From: an uncultured archaeon | GTDB taxonomy: Archaea > Asgardarchaeota > Lokiarchaeia > Sigyniarchaeales > SOKP01 | Assembly: GCA_964481225.1 (NCBI GenBank) | Contig: CAYZTE010000002.1 | Span: 1 to 47,994 of the forward strand | Direction of reading: 5' to 3' | Length of the DNA: 47,994 bases | Shown here: positions 36,515 through 46,710 of the stretch, in pieces | Position numbering within the stretch: the first letter of the stretch is position 1 | Layout: every line of letters starts with the position of its first letter | Program-made: the position numbers and the translations under genes | Notes under the pieces: model-generated | Told to the model about the DNA's origin: nothing | The model's database searches: none | The model's input: only the letters and a program-made list of their open reading frames with translations

Positions 36515-37630
36515 TTAAGATTTAAATACTTTAGGAATAAATCCCTCAATTAGTAAACAGTCGAGTAAAACATTTGCAGTCATCGCTTCTACAACTGGTA
36601 TTATCCTTGGCACAATACACGGGTCATGACGACCAGAAAATTCAATCTCAACATTTTCCATGATTTCTATATTTACTGTCTTTTGGGCGATGCTTATAGA
36701 AGCAGTTGGCTTTACTGCAACAGTGAATTCAATTGGCATTCCTGTTGAAATACCACCAATTATTCCTCCTGAATCATTCTTAGTAGTTTGAATCTTTCCA
36801 TCTTTAATAATCCAAGGATCATTATGTTCAGAGCCTTTCATTCTTGCCGCTTTGAATCCTGCTCCAAATTCTATCCCTTTTACGCCTGGAATTGAAAATA
36901 TTGCCTTACTCATATTTGCCTCAAGACCATTAAAAATTGGTCCTCCCTTGCCTTCTGGAAAGTTTTTCACAATACATTTCACCGTACCGCCAATTGAATC
37001 TTTTAGATTTTTTACTTCTTTTACTAGCTGTTCCATTAATTTCGATTTTTCATTATTCATGGCTCTGACAGGAGATTTCTCTCTTAACTCAATTAATTTA
37101 TCAAATTCATCTAAATTGTAGCTAGTATCATCTACAATATTTCCAATGCTTTTTGTATAAGCAAATATCTTTATGTCAAATTTTCCTAATATCTGCTTAG
37201 CAATTGCCCCTGCCATTACGAGACCTGCCGTAATTCTCCCGGAAAATCGTCCAGAACCACGATAATCCGAAAATCCACCATATTTTTTTAGAGCAGAATA
37301 ATCGATATGTGAAGGTCGTATATACTTCTTGTAAGTCTCGTATATTGATGAATCAACATCTTCATTATCAATAATCAAACAAATCGGGGCTCCCGTAGTT
37401 TTGTCATTAAAAATTCCTGATAGTAATTTCGCTCTATCTACTTCTCTACGAGAGGTTGTAAGTTCAGATTGTCCTGGTCTTCTTAAATCCAATTCTCTTT
37501 GGATATCATCTATATCAAATTCTAAACCTGCTGGCACACCATCTATGATTATTCCAACTAATTTAGCTTGACTTTCTCCAAACGATGTTATTTTATAAAT
37601 TATTCCAAAAGAATTGTCCACTGTGTTCAC
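36515..37630 (-). CDS. aroC: Chorismate synthase
   Basis: FGIIYKITSFGESQ, RRPGQS, SGRFSGRITAG, GGISTGMPI, GRHDPC. GTG start. Confidence 0.9.
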   Translation of the reverse strand: MNTVDNSFGIIYKITSFGESQAKLVGIIIDGVPAGLEFDIDDIQRELDLRRPGQSELTTSRREVDRAKLLSGIFNDKTTGAPICLIIDNEDVDSSIYETYKKYIRPSHIDYSALKKYGGFSDYRGSGRFSGRITAGLVMAGAIAKQILGKFDIKIFAYTKSIGNIVDDTSYNLDEFDKLIELREKSPVRAMNNEKSKLMEQLVKEVKNLKDSIGGTVKCIVKNFPEGKGGPIFNGLEANMSKAIFSIPGVKGIEFGAGFKAARMKGSEHNDPWIIKDGKIQTTKNDSGGIIGGISTGMPIEFTVAVKPTASISIAQKTVNIEIMENVEIEFSGRHDPCIVPRIIPVVEAMTANVLLDCLLIEGFIPKVFKS

Positions 37631-37711
37631 ATCTGATAAAGCTTAATAAAACTATGATCTTACAATATTATTTAATTAATATTATATCTATAACTTTCTA
37701 TTTATTATTTA

Positions 37712-39028
37712 ATGGATCTAAAAATTTACCCATTAGAGAATGGCTTAAGCGGTGAAATTACGGCCCCAGGATCGAAAAGTTATTCACATCGAGCTTTTGT
37801 AGCTGCCAGTTTGGCTGATGGGATTTCGATAATTAAAAATCCTCTAACAACTGGAGATGTCGGAGTTACTATAGATATTTTAAGGGCTTTGGGAGTAAAA
37901 ATCTTAAAAGTAGATAGAAATTCTTATCTCGTTGAAAAGAAAGGAGATTTATTTAAACTTATTAAATCTACTCTTGATTGTGGCAATTCTGGAACGGCAA
38001 TGAGAATTTTTAGTGCATTTAGCTTATTGATCAAGGAAGGCCTTACATTGACTGGAGAGTTTTTAAAGAGAAAACGACCAATTCTGCCACTTCTAAACGG
38101 TATGAGCTCTTTAGGAGCAAAATTTAAATTATCAGAAGAAAAACTTCAAATTAAACGCAAAAAGCTTCTCTGTAATAAAGTGACGATACCCGGGGACATA
38201 AGTTCACAATTCGTAACTGCATTGTTGATGGTATGTCCCCTATTAAAATGTAAAAACAAAGATTATATTGAAATAGAATTAACAACTCCACTAATTTCTA
38301 CTACTTATGTTGAAATTACCCTAGATGTATTAAACTCATTTGGAATTAATATTCAAGAAAATCTTGAAAAATCAAAATTTTATATTACAAATGAACAGAA
38401 TTATAGAGCACAGTCCTATGAAATTCCAGGAGACTTTTCTTCATCAGCATTTATAATCGCTGCTACAGTTTTATCTAGAAAATCATCAAAAGTAATTATT
38501 AATAATTTAAATACTCAGAATCTTCAAGGAGATAAAAAAATTGTAGAGATTTTATGCAGGATGGGCGCAAATGTCAAGGTTGATGAAAGTAAAAAACAGG
38601 TTATTGCTGAAGGCAATTTAAATCAGTATCCATTAAAAGGTATGGAGATTGATTGTCAAACTATACCAGATTTATTTCCTATTTTATCAGTTGTTGGAGC
38701 ATTTGCAGAAGGTAAAACTGTTCTCTATAATGCTTCAAATCTTCGTACCAAAGAATGTGATAGAATTTCTGCTATGGCTAGAGAATTAAAAAAAATGGGA
38801 GTTGAAGTTAGTGAAGAACAAGATAAATTAATAATTCTTCATTGTGATAGATTAAGGGGAATACCTGTAAATCATGAATATGATCATAGAGTAGCAATGG
38901 CATGTAGCATTGCTGCTTTACACGCATCTTCAAGTTCGCAAATTAAAGAAATTGAAGTAGTAAAAGATTCATATCCTTCCTTTCTAGAAGATTTGAAAAA
39001 ATTAGGAGTTCAAATGGAAATAATTTAA
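37712..39028 (+). CDS. aroA: 3-phosphoshikimate 1-carboxyvinyltransferase (EPSP synthase)
   Basis: PGSKSYSHRA, LDCGNSGTAMR, SSQFVTALL, LRTKECDRI, DHRVAMA. Confidence 0.9.
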   Translation: MDLKIYPLENGLSGEITAPGSKSYSHRAFVAASLADGISIIKNPLTTGDVGVTIDILRALGVKILKVDRNSYLVEKKGDLFKLIKSTLDCGNSGTAMRIFSAFSLLIKEGLTLTGEFLKRKRPILPLLNGMSSLGAKFKLSEEKLQIKRKKLLCNKVTIPGDISSQFVTALLMVCPLLKCKNKDYIEIELTTPLISTTYVEITLDVLNSFGINIQENLEKSKFYITNEQNYRAQSYEIPGDFSSSAFIIAATVLSRKSSKVIINNLNTQNLQGDKKIVEILCRMGANVKVDESKKQVIAEGNLNQYPLKGMEIDCQTIPDLFPILSVVGAFAEGKTVLYNASNLRTKECDRISAMARELKKMGVEVSEEQDKLIILHCDRLRGIPVNHEYDHRVAMACSIAALHASSSSQIKEIEVVKDSYPSFLEDLKKLGVQMEII

Positions 39029-39040
39029 GCTATAAAAAAA

Positions 39041-39451
39041 TTATCTAAAACTTTTCTGCCTGCGGGCACGAGCTTTTTTACCACCAAATTTCTTTGGTTC
39101 TGTTCTCCTTGAATCTCCACTCAGCAAGGAATCATCATACTCTCTAAAAATTCGTTCTATTGTTTTTGTACCTAAAAATTTATGAATCGATTTAGCAATA
39201 GCCATTCTTACTGCATCTGTTTGCCCCATTATGCCACCGCCCTTAACTTTTACATTAATATCGCATTTATCAACCTTCGGATTATTCACGATTTCAAGGA
39301 CTTCTTGAATTCTCATTCTAGCAATTTCAGGCTCGAATAAGTTTAGAGGAACATTATTAATTTTAATTTGTCCTTTCGCTGGATGTTTTAATACGGCTCT
39401 TGCTATAGCAGATTTTCTTTTACCAGACGCTTGAATCATTTTCATTGACAT
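39041..39451 (-). CDS. rps9: 30S ribosomal protein uS9
   Basis: SGKRKSAIARAVL...GGGIMGQTDAVRMAIAK...DSRRTEPKKFGGKKARARRQKSFR. The internal ATG at 39451 avoids a 32-nt overlap with rpl13. Confidence 0.9.
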   Translation of the reverse strand: MSMKMIQASGKRKSAIARAVLKHPAKGQIKINNVPLNLFEPEIARMRIQEVLEIVNNPKVDKCDINVKVKGGGIMGQTDAVRMAIAKSIHKFLGTKTIERIFREYDDSLLSGDSRRTEPKKFGGKKARARRQKSFR

Positions 39452-39455
39452 TATT

Positions 39456-39929
39456 TTAAACCTCAACTTCCATTTTATTCCATCCAATTCGTTTACATAG
39501 AGTTTCTAAGGTTATAAACCTGTTATAGTACGAAAGCCGCTTTTTCCCTGCATTATAAATTTCGCTAGGCATTAATTTTTGATATCTACTTTTAAAACGC
39601 TCAGGTATATCTGAAATGTATACATGAATCCTTTTAACAGCTTCTTTTCCGCGAATCTTCTTTCTTGGTAGCATTTGTTTTATGACTCTTCTCATTAAAG
39701 TATCTGGTCTTCTTTCATGAAAAGGACCTCTACGTGGATTAGTCGCAGTCGAGATGTTTAATTTTGCAAGATATTTCTCGTGAATATCTCTCTTGGTTCC
39801 GCTTATGATTGCATCCTTGGCATTTGTTATTACTATATATTCACCTAACAAAGCCCTTTTTGCAACTTGACTACAAAAACGTCCCAAAATCTTATCTGTT
39901 GCATCTAATAATTGATATTCGATTACCAT
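39456..39929 (-). CDS. rpl13: 50S ribosomal protein uL13
   Basis: DATDKILGRFCSQVAKRAL...GPFHERRPDTLMRRVIKQMLP. Confidence 0.9.
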   Translation of the reverse strand: MVIEYQLLDATDKILGRFCSQVAKRALLGEYIVITNAKDAIISGTKRDIHEKYLAKLNISTATNPRRGPFHERRPDTLMRRVIKQMLPRKKIRGKEAVKRIHVYISDIPERFKSRYQKLMPSEIYNAGKKRLSYYNRFITLETLCKRIGWNKMEVEV

Positions 39930-39964
39930 GATCTTAATACATTCAAATAAGGGTATTTGATATT

Positions 39965-40321
39965 TTAATAAAAAATCTTTACTCCACTACCTTTAGGGTT
40001 TTGTTCTAATAATTCTTCAATTGAAATTAAATTACTACCTGATGATGCAATTTTTTTTTTAGCTGATTGGGAATATTCTAAGCACGCTATTGTGAGAATA
40101 TGATCTAATTCTCCCATCCCTAAAACCTTTCCAGGAACAACAATCATATCATCTTTATTTGTTTCTTTATTGATACGATATAAATTTGCTTTAATTCTAT
40201 TCCTTCTTGGACCGCTTAATTTTTTTGATACTTTTTTCCATATCTTTATCTTTGTTTTCCATAAATCTCTTATCAGTTTTCTAACATAATAGTTGCTTGG
40301 ACCGGTTATTTTATGGGACAT
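39965..40321 (-). CDS. rpl18e: 50S ribosomal protein eL18 (L18e)
   Basis: 118 aa. RRNRIKANLYRIN...VVPGKVLGMGEL pattern and position between rpoD and rpl13. Confidence 0.85.
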   Translation of the reverse strand: MSHKITGPSNYYVRKLIRDLWKTKIKIWKKVSKKLSGPRRNRIKANLYRINKETNKDDMIVVPGKVLGMGELDHILTIACLEYSQSAKKKIASSGSNLISIEELLEQNPKGSGVKIFY

Positions 40322-40399
40322 TAGAAAGCTACTACTGTTATTTTAATTCATTAAATCTGATATCTTAAATTTTTAATATTTTAATAATTTTTTGATAAT

Positions 40400-41233
40400 T
40401 TATGATTCTATCTTAATTTCTCCAAGTTTTTCAACAAATTCATCAATTTTCTCTAGGAAAATCTCGAATGTTTTCTTAATAATGGTTTCAAATGGAAGAA
40501 CTCCATCACTCTCAATCGAAAAAATATATGTATTTTCTTTCGAACCGACTTTTATAGCCTTCTCTGGACAATCATTTTGGCAAGAGTTACATAGCGTACA
40601 CATCTTCCAATAATCTTCCACCAATTTTGGCACCTTTTTATCCGAGAAATCATATAATTTTTCAGGACACATTTTCGATACTATACATTTATCAGGACAT
40701 TTAACACATTTACTATCATCAAATTCGATTTCTGGATAGAATCTATAGAAAATATTCGATACTGCTTGCCATTTTACATGTTTCTTCGAAAGTCCTAAGG
40801 TCGCATAGGCTTCTAAAATTAATTTATCGTTCTTATCAATTTTTACAATTGGTATATTAGGATCGACAGGAACTATCTTCGGGTCATTTGATTTCAAATC
40901 ACCTGAATATATTTCTAAAGGTGCATTTGTTGCATTTGATACCTCACATGTTAAAGAAACTTGGCATAAACTGCACCCATAGCCACCACATTCACATTCT
41001 CGTGGTAATTTATACACTTCTAGGTCAGTCGTTAAAGGAATCAAACCTAAGCGATGTGATATAATCTCATCATAGAGAGGTGAATCATTTTTTAATATAA
41101 TCACCTCATCAACAGCCATTACGGGAATTTCAGAAAGGATTATTCTCCTTAAAGCATTTGCCATTTCAATAGAAAGTCCTTCTATAACAAACCCAAATTT
41201 CCTGTCGTTTTTCTCAAGTACTTCAAGATTCAT
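40400..41233 (-). CDS. rpoD: DNA-directed RNA polymerase subunit D (Rpo3) with ferredoxin-like Fe-S insertion
   Basis: ANALRRIILSEIPVMAVDEV, HRLGLIPL, CVKCPDKC...CPEK and CTLCNSCQNDCPEKAI clusters. Confidence 0.85.
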   Translation of the reverse strand: MNLEVLEKNDRKFGFVIEGLSIEMANALRRIILSEIPVMAVDEVIILKNDSPLYDEIISHRLGLIPLTTDLEVYKLPRECECGGYGCSLCQVSLTCEVSNATNAPLEIYSGDLKSNDPKIVPVDPNIPIVKIDKNDKLILEAYATLGLSKKHVKWQAVSNIFYRFYPEIEFDDSKCVKCPDKCIVSKMCPEKLYDFSDKKVPKLVEDYWKMCTLCNSCQNDCPEKAIKVGSKENTYIFSIESDGVLPFETIIKKTFEIFLEKIDEFVEKLGEIKIES

Positions 41234-41329
41234 GATCTTTATTTAATTTAGACTATAATAGTTAGTTCTATAAATACGTCCTTTAAGATAAGTTTTATTG
41301 TTCCAATTAAAAAATAAGATAATTAAAAT

Positions 41330-42658
41330 TTAATAAAACTTAAAATATTCGTAAGCTTTGCTTGGAGATTGAAAACAATAATGTATTTCTTGGAATTCTT
41401 TTCTAAATTCAGCTATTTCGTTTTTTACCTTTTTGGGGTCTTTTCTATCAATCAATACCTTTTTTAAAAATTCAGCGATTTCTATCATTTCACTTTTTCC
41501 CATCCCAAGCCGAGTAACTTCTGATGTTCCAATTCTTAAACCACCAGGATTTTGATAATGTCTGCCTTGTGATATATCCCACGGTAAAAGATTACGATTA
41601 AGGATAATATTCGCAATTTCTAATAATTTCTCTATATCCCCACCTAATCCAATATTTTTTTCAAATTCAGTAATATCTACTACAATTTGATGGGATTCCG
41701 TAAAACCCTTATGTTCCATTAACACATTCATTCCTCTTTCATGCATTGCTTGCCCTAAGGCTTTTGCATTTTCAATAACGTTTTTATGGTATTTCTTTCC
41801 AAACTCAAGCATTTCAGCTATTGCAATGGCTAATCCTGCAACATTATGTAGATGATGATTCGATAATAAGGCGGGGAATGCGCAAGATTTTAAAGTTTCA
41901 ATCAAATCTTCCCTGTTCGATACAATAACTCCATGCTGAGGTCCCGGAAGTGTTTTATGTGTGCTCATTGACATCACATCTGCTCCTTCTCTTAAAGGAT
42001 CTTGAAAATATCCCGAGCCAATTAATCCAGCGACATGAGCAGCATCGTAGCCTACATAGGCACCAACTTCTTTAGCTACTTCACCAAGTTCCTTAACTGG
42101 ATGTGGGAATAAAAATACTGAACCACCAAATAGAACCAATTCAGGTTCAAATTTTCTTATGATTTTTGCTGACGCATCTACATCAAGGTTCATCTCATCA
42201 TTATCAAATGCAAGATATTCAACGTTTATTCCTCTTGTTGTTCCGGCCGTGCCAAAGATTTCTCTACCACTTTTTGCAAATCTTGGCCCATGTGAAATAT
42301 GTCCTCCTCGAACAATAGCCATACAGCACATTTTTCCACCATTATCTGATGTAAAAGCATTATACATAACTAAATTTGCAACAACTCCAGAAATAGGACG
42401 TACGTCTGCATGGATGCATTTAAAATATTCCTTAGTAAGGTCCATGCAAATATCTTCAACTTCATCGATGTACTTGCATCCTGCATAAACTCTTTGTCCA
42501 CTCCAACCTTCAGCATAACGATGACTAAAATCACAAGAACAAGCTTCATCCACAGCAGGGCTGGTAATATTTTCAGAAGCGATTAAAGGAATACTATTTT
42601 GGAACCAGTCATGGTGCTCCATTAAGATTTTGCGAATTTCATCCACTTTCTCATTCAA
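41330..42658 (-). CDS. glyA: Serine hydroxymethyltransferase
   Basis: LIASENITSP, RYAEG, PLP-lysine region STHKTLPGPQHG. TTG start. Confidence 0.9.
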   Translation of the reverse strand: MNEKVDEIRKILMEHHDWFQNSIPLIASENITSPAVDEACSCDFSHRYAEGWSGQRVYAGCKYIDEVEDICMDLTKEYFKCIHADVRPISGVVANLVMYNAFTSDNGGKMCCMAIVRGGHISHGPRFAKSGREIFGTAGTTRGINVEYLAFDNDEMNLDVDASAKIIRKFEPELVLFGGSVFLFPHPVKELGEVAKEVGAYVGYDAAHVAGLIGSGYFQDPLREGADVMSMSTHKTLPGPQHGVIVSNREDLIETLKSCAFPALLSNHHLHNVAGLAIAIAEMLEFGKKYHKNVIENAKALGQAMHERGMNVLMEHKGFTESHQIVVDITEFEKNIGLGGDIEKLLEIANIILNRNLLPWDISQGRHYQNPGGLRIGTSEVTRLGMGKSEMIEIAEFLKKVLIDRKDPKKVKNEIAEFRKEFQEIHYCFQSPSKAYEYFKFY

Positions 42659-42835
42659 TTTTGATCATCCCTTTTCATAAAATTTGAATCATTAGATTTA
42701 TAATAAAACTACAATTTTTTTAAATCTTTGTCAGATCTCCTATTCTTTTAAATGTTATTTCCTAAAACAGATCGAAAATTTAAAGAAAATTACCCGAGTT
42801 AGAAAAAGAATTGAATTACCTTCATAAGATAATAA

Positions 42836-43744
42836 TCATTTTTCAGATTTCTCTAAAATTAGACGGGCTTCGAATAAATTTAGTTTTTTCCCTGCTTTTT
42901 GTTTTTCTAAAGCTAATGCGAGTTTGTCTTGCTTGATTTTTTTAATCATTTCATTTCTTTTTTTAACCTGACTAACCTTGACTGTTGGTCTCTTACCTGG
43001 TCTGTATGGCCTTCTTCCCTTGGATAGTTTCTTTCTCTGATTCATCAACTTTAAATACTGTTCATGATAACGATCTGCTGCCTTCTTGTTTTCAATTAGT
43101 TCTTCTTCCATTGTGCGTTTGCTTTCTCTTAATTCATCTGCTTTCTGATAGATTTCAAGCATTTTAATATGGTATTCTTGAGATTTATTTGACCATTTAC
43201 TCAATTCTTCATAGATTTTGTTAAGGTTGATTTTAACAATTTCTACTTTTCTTTCAATTCTAAATAGATCGCTATTTTGTTGTTCTGCTAAGTATTGTCG
43301 TTTCATTTCTGCGAGTTTTCTGATTTTATCTACAATGGCATTCTCTTCGGCAATATTAAGATTCTCTGTCTCAATTCTTCTTTCTAAACTGTCAATCTTA
43401 CGCTCAATTTGTTTTACAGAAACAAGACTCTTTGTATCTTGATAACTTTTTTGAATTGACTTCTTTTCTTCGATTAATTTATCTAATAACGTCTTATACT
43501 CTATTTTTTTTTCTTTTAATTTCCTTACCTTGGCATTCCAGTAATTTCTTCTCTTCTTGTATTTTTCCTTAGCAAATCTCAAGTAATTATTAATTTCCGT
43601 TTCGATCTTTTGTAGATCATTAATGTATTGTTTTGTTTTTACGTTTAACTCGTCCCTTTTTTGCCGCAAATTCTCTATTTGTTGTTGAAGGTTCCTAAAA
43701 GACATTTGAGAGTTTCGAGAATTATTGGGTCTATTTTTACTCAT
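42836..43744 (-). CDS. Archaeal coiled-coil protein (COG1340-like)
   Basis: 302 aa, K/E/R-rich heptad-like sequence throughout. No enzymatic motifs. Confidence 0.6.
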   Translation of the reverse strand: MSKNRPNNSRNSQMSFRNLQQQIENLRQKRDELNVKTKQYINDLQKIETEINNYLRFAKEKYKKRRNYWNAKVRKLKEKKIEYKTLLDKLIEEKKSIQKSYQDTKSLVSVKQIERKIDSLERRIETENLNIAEENAIVDKIRKLAEMKRQYLAEQQNSDLFRIERKVEIVKINLNKIYEELSKWSNKSQEYHIKMLEIYQKADELRESKRTMEEELIENKKAADRYHEQYLKLMNQRKKLSKGRRPYRPGKRPTVKVSQVKKRNEMIKKIKQDKLALALEKQKAGKKLNLFEARLILEKSEK

Positions 43745-43917
43745 GAATTAATTCATTAAAAGAGTATTAATAAAAAAGAATTCTATGAAGGTGTTTATAT
43801 ATGACAATTTTATATTTTTTATATATTTTTTGTAAATAGATTTAATATTAAGTTAAGGCGATTGATAAAAAATTAAAGATATATAAAAATTAGAAATATT
43901 AAAAACTGCATTTAAAA

Positions 43918-44784
43918 ATGGACTCTGAAATAATCAAGGAAAATGATTTAATCTTTTTGGTTCTTGATGATAGGAGACGATGGTTAGTTCAAGTTAAATC
44001 TGGAAAGAGTTTTCACACGCATAGAGGCATTATTGAGTTTGATGATATTATTGGTAAGCCATTTGGCTCGTGCATCTTTTCAAAGCCATATGAAAGCCAA
44101 GGATATAAATTTTTTATTCTCAAGCCCTTACCTTCCGACTATATACTTCACATGGGACGCAAAACCCAAATAGTTTATCCGGAAGATGCGGGATTAATAT
44201 TAATATATTCTGGAATTGGACCTGGTAGTGTAGTTATTGAAGCGGGTTGCGGTTCTGGAGCATTAAGTTGCATTTTAGCAAACGCCGTTCGTCCTAATGG
44301 ACATATATACTCCTATGATATCCGGGATAAATCGATTAAGAAAGCAACAAACAACATCAAAAGAGCGAGCTTAGAAGATATAGTGACTTTTCAAAAGGGC
44401 GATATAATAAATGTTGAGATTGCATATAAAAACGTGGATAGCATTGTCTTGGATATGGCAACACCGTGGGAAGCCATTGAAAAATTAAAACACAACTTAA
44501 AATTAAGTGGAACAATTGCTTCATTTTCTCCAACAATAGAACAAGTAAAAAAGACTGTTTTTGCCCTTAAAAAAATTGAATTCATTGAGATTAACACCTA
44601 TGAATTAATCAAGAGAAGGTTGCAAGTCAAGGAGAAAGCCACTCGCCCTGAGGTAAGGATGATTGGTCATACAGGTTACGTCACTTTTGGAAGGAAAGTT
44701 GCAAATGAAAAAAATCCATTTAGGGAGAGGAAACCACATGAAATTGAAATTATAGATTTAAATGGAATGCCATTAAGGGGTTGA
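43918..44784 (+). CDS. trmI: tRNA (adenine-N1)-methyltransferase TrmI/Gcd14 family
   Basis: RKTQIVYPEDAGLIL, SAM motif VIEAGCGSGALS, DIVLDMATPWEA-like block. Confidence 0.85.
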   Translation: MDSEIIKENDLIFLVLDDRRRWLVQVKSGKSFHTHRGIIEFDDIIGKPFGSCIFSKPYESQGYKFFILKPLPSDYILHMGRKTQIVYPEDAGLILIYSGIGPGSVVIEAGCGSGALSCILANAVRPNGHIYSYDIRDKSIKKATNNIKRASLEDIVTFQKGDIINVEIAYKNVDSIVLDMATPWEAIEKLKHNLKLSGTIASFSPTIEQVKKTVFALKKIEFIEINTYELIKRRLQVKEKATRPEVRMIGHTGYVTFGRKVANEKNPFRERKPHEIEIIDLNGMPLRG

Positions 44785-44820
44785 GTTGCCATTCAAATTA
44801 GTTATGAAGACTTTTTAAAA

Positions 44821-45123
44821 ATGGATATACGTGTTGGATTAGTAAAAAGCTGTGAAAGCGTCCCAAAATCAAAAAATCTCTATAAAATGACGGTAGACTG
44901 CGGAGAGGAAAACCTAAGGCAAATTATTTCTGGAATTTCGCAATATTACTCACCTGAGGACTTAATCAATGAAAAAATAGTTGTTTTAACAAATTTAAAG
45001 CCTCGTAAAATCATGGGCATTGAAAGTAGAGGAATGCTTTTAGCTGCTGATTTTAACAATGAACCCTTTTTACTAAAAATTGATGAAAGGGAATCAATTC
45101 CGCCAGGAAGTAGAATTAAATAA
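44821..45123 (+). CDS. tRNA-binding domain protein (Trbp111/CsaA-like OB fold); the coding region probably extends upstream of the ATG
   Basis: MDIRVGLV...LYKMTVDCGEE..RQIISGISQYY...VVVLTNLKPRKIMGIESRGMLLAA. Upstream in-frame codons 44785-44820 encode VAIQISYEDFLK, which matches the conserved start of this domain. Confidence 0.8.
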   Translation: MDIRVGLVKSCESVPKSKNLYKMTVDCGEENLRQIISGISQYYSPEDLINEKIVVLTNLKPRKIMGIESRGMLLAADFNNEPFLLKIDERESIPPGSRIK

Positions 45124-45549
45124 TTAAAAACCTTTCAACTGCGTACCAACTCTGAATTCTTTCTTCTTCTTAAATCGTTCGGTTTTGAAGAAATGTTTCT
45201 TTTTTTCTGGTAAAATCGCTACATATTTTCTTAAAATATCTCCTACGTACTCTTTAGTGGGCTTGCTACTCGTTATTCTACCTGGTTCAGATAAATATTC
45301 TAATATTTCTTTATCTTTAGAATCTATTGATAAGCCTAAATTTTTAATTGGAACATGCACTGAATGTAAAAACCATCCAGATGACTTTTCTTCATGAGCA
45401 ATGACTTTTAAAATATTCGCAACTTCCTTTTTTATTTTGAATTCAATAAGCTTTTTTCCGGGTCTTATAATTATGCTCACATATTCAGGAATCTCATTTT
45501 TTGGATTATGGATTTTCTTATAGAATTCATCGATTTTTTTAGCACTCAT
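45124..45549 (-). CDS. Hypothetical protein
   Basis: 141-aa ORF whose stop abuts the stop of the convergent tRNA-binding gene. No family recognised. Confidence 0.45.
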   Translation of the reverse strand: MSAKKIDEFYKKIHNPKNEIPEYVSIIIRPGKKLIEFKIKKEVANILKVIAHEEKSSGWFLHSVHVPIKNLGLSIDSKDKEILEYLSEPGRITSSKPTKEYVGDILRKYVAILPEKKKHFFKTERFKKKKEFRVGTQLKGF

Positions 45550-45660
45550 TGTTAATTCATAAAAATTAGTCTCTATTAAAAAGAATAAATTAAAATTCCT
45601 AAATAAATTTATTATTTAATAGATTTTGCCTAAATTTTAATATCCATAGAGGATGTCAAA

Positions 45661-46710
45661 TTGAACTCTTGTGAAACACTGGATTTAATGGAACAATATT
45701 TCAAGAAAAAGATATGCATCCTTGGTGGTATCGAAAATTATAAAGATGAGTTTCAGAAAAGAATAAGTTCAAATTGCTTACCAATAGAAAATAAGCAAAA
45801 TATTGGGGTGAACATAAGCAGGATTGATTTTTTATATGAATCAAGTCAAAAATTTGAATTTCTTCTGTGGAATATAGATTGTAGTCGACAGAGGGCATTT
45901 TTACGAACGATATTTTATGCCGGAGCAGAAGCAATGATAATTTTTATTTCTGAAATGAAAGTCGATCAAATTATACACTATTTTAACGAAATTCAATTAA
46001 GATTTCCAGAGATAACGCTTACTTTTTGCGTTATCCTTGAAAAACGTCTAAAAGAAGAAATCATAAACACGACTTTTAAAAATGAAGATTTCAATTCAAT
46101 GGTAAAGACAAACAATATTCAAATCAAAGAAATATCTGAGCCTTCAGATATTTTGGAACAAATTTGTACGATTTTTATGAAGAGAATAAAGCATAAAGAA
46201 ATAGACTCCGCATATTTTATTGATTTTATCCCCCTAGATTTGTTGATTGGACTTACTGAGGTTAGAGATGAATGCAATGATTATTATGAGCCAGAAACTC
46301 ATGATTTAAAAGCCCGGCAAATCATAAACGCGGAGCAATTGGTAAACTATATCTTAAAACTAAAATTGGAAGTCGAGTTTGAATCCGCAAACTGGATTAA
46401 AATAAAAAACAGTGAGCTTGGCACCTTTTCAATCTTTCTCAAAAATGGCAATGTCTATTATTTTCCTCAAGTATGTGAAAAATGCAAGGATAAAGAATGC
46501 ATTAAATATAAAAAGGCACCATTTTACATTTGTATTGAATCAGGTGATTCAATAGGTTGGACGAATATAAATGGATTCGATCAGAGTGAACTTCTTATTT
46601 TAACAAAAATTCTTGCCTTAAAGGAGGGAAATGAAGATAACCTGCCAAAATCAGTTGTTAAGCAGATTAAAAGAATTAATAAATGTGAGAAAAAGGGAAA
46701 GCTAAAATGA
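45661..46710 (+). CDS. Degenerate small-GTPase-like (pseudo-GTPase) domain protein with Cys-containing C-terminal domain
   Basis: Collinear with Rab-type GTPases, but G1 is GGIENYKD, G3 is WNIDCSRQ and G4 is LEKRL. C-terminal CEKCKDKEC. The start may be the ATG at codon 10. Confidence 0.5.
   Translation: MNSCETLDLMEQYFKKKICILGGIENYKDEFQKRISSNCLPIENKQNIGVNISRIDFLYESSQKFEFLLWNIDCSRQRAFLRTIFYAGAEAMIIFISEMKVDQIIHYFNEIQLRFPEITLTFCVILEKRLKEEIINTTFKNEDFNSMVKTNNIQIKEISEPSDILEQICTIFMKRIKHKEIDSAYFIDFIPLDLLIGLTEVRDECNDYYEPETHDLKARQIINAEQLVNYILKLKLEVEFESANWIKIKNSELGTFSIFLKNGNVYYFPQVCEKCKDKECIKYKKAPFYICIESGDSIGWTNINGFDQSELLILTKILALKEGNEDNLPKSVVKQIKRINKCEKKGKLK

Noticed and set aside
39452-39487. Longer uS9 ORF start (MDGIKWKLRFKI…) overlapping rpl13 by 32 nt
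   Set aside because: The extension is not S9-like. The internal ATG at 39451 gives a canonical S9 N-terminus and a 4-nt gap after the rpl13 stop codon.
44782-44784. In-frame TGA between trmI and the tRNA-binding domain read as selenocysteine or a reassigned codon
   Set aside because: TGA clearly terminates other well-defined genes in this window, for example porD, porA and the gelsolin-like ORF. No SECIS-like hairpin is evident, and a catalytic Sec makes no sense in an interdomain linker.
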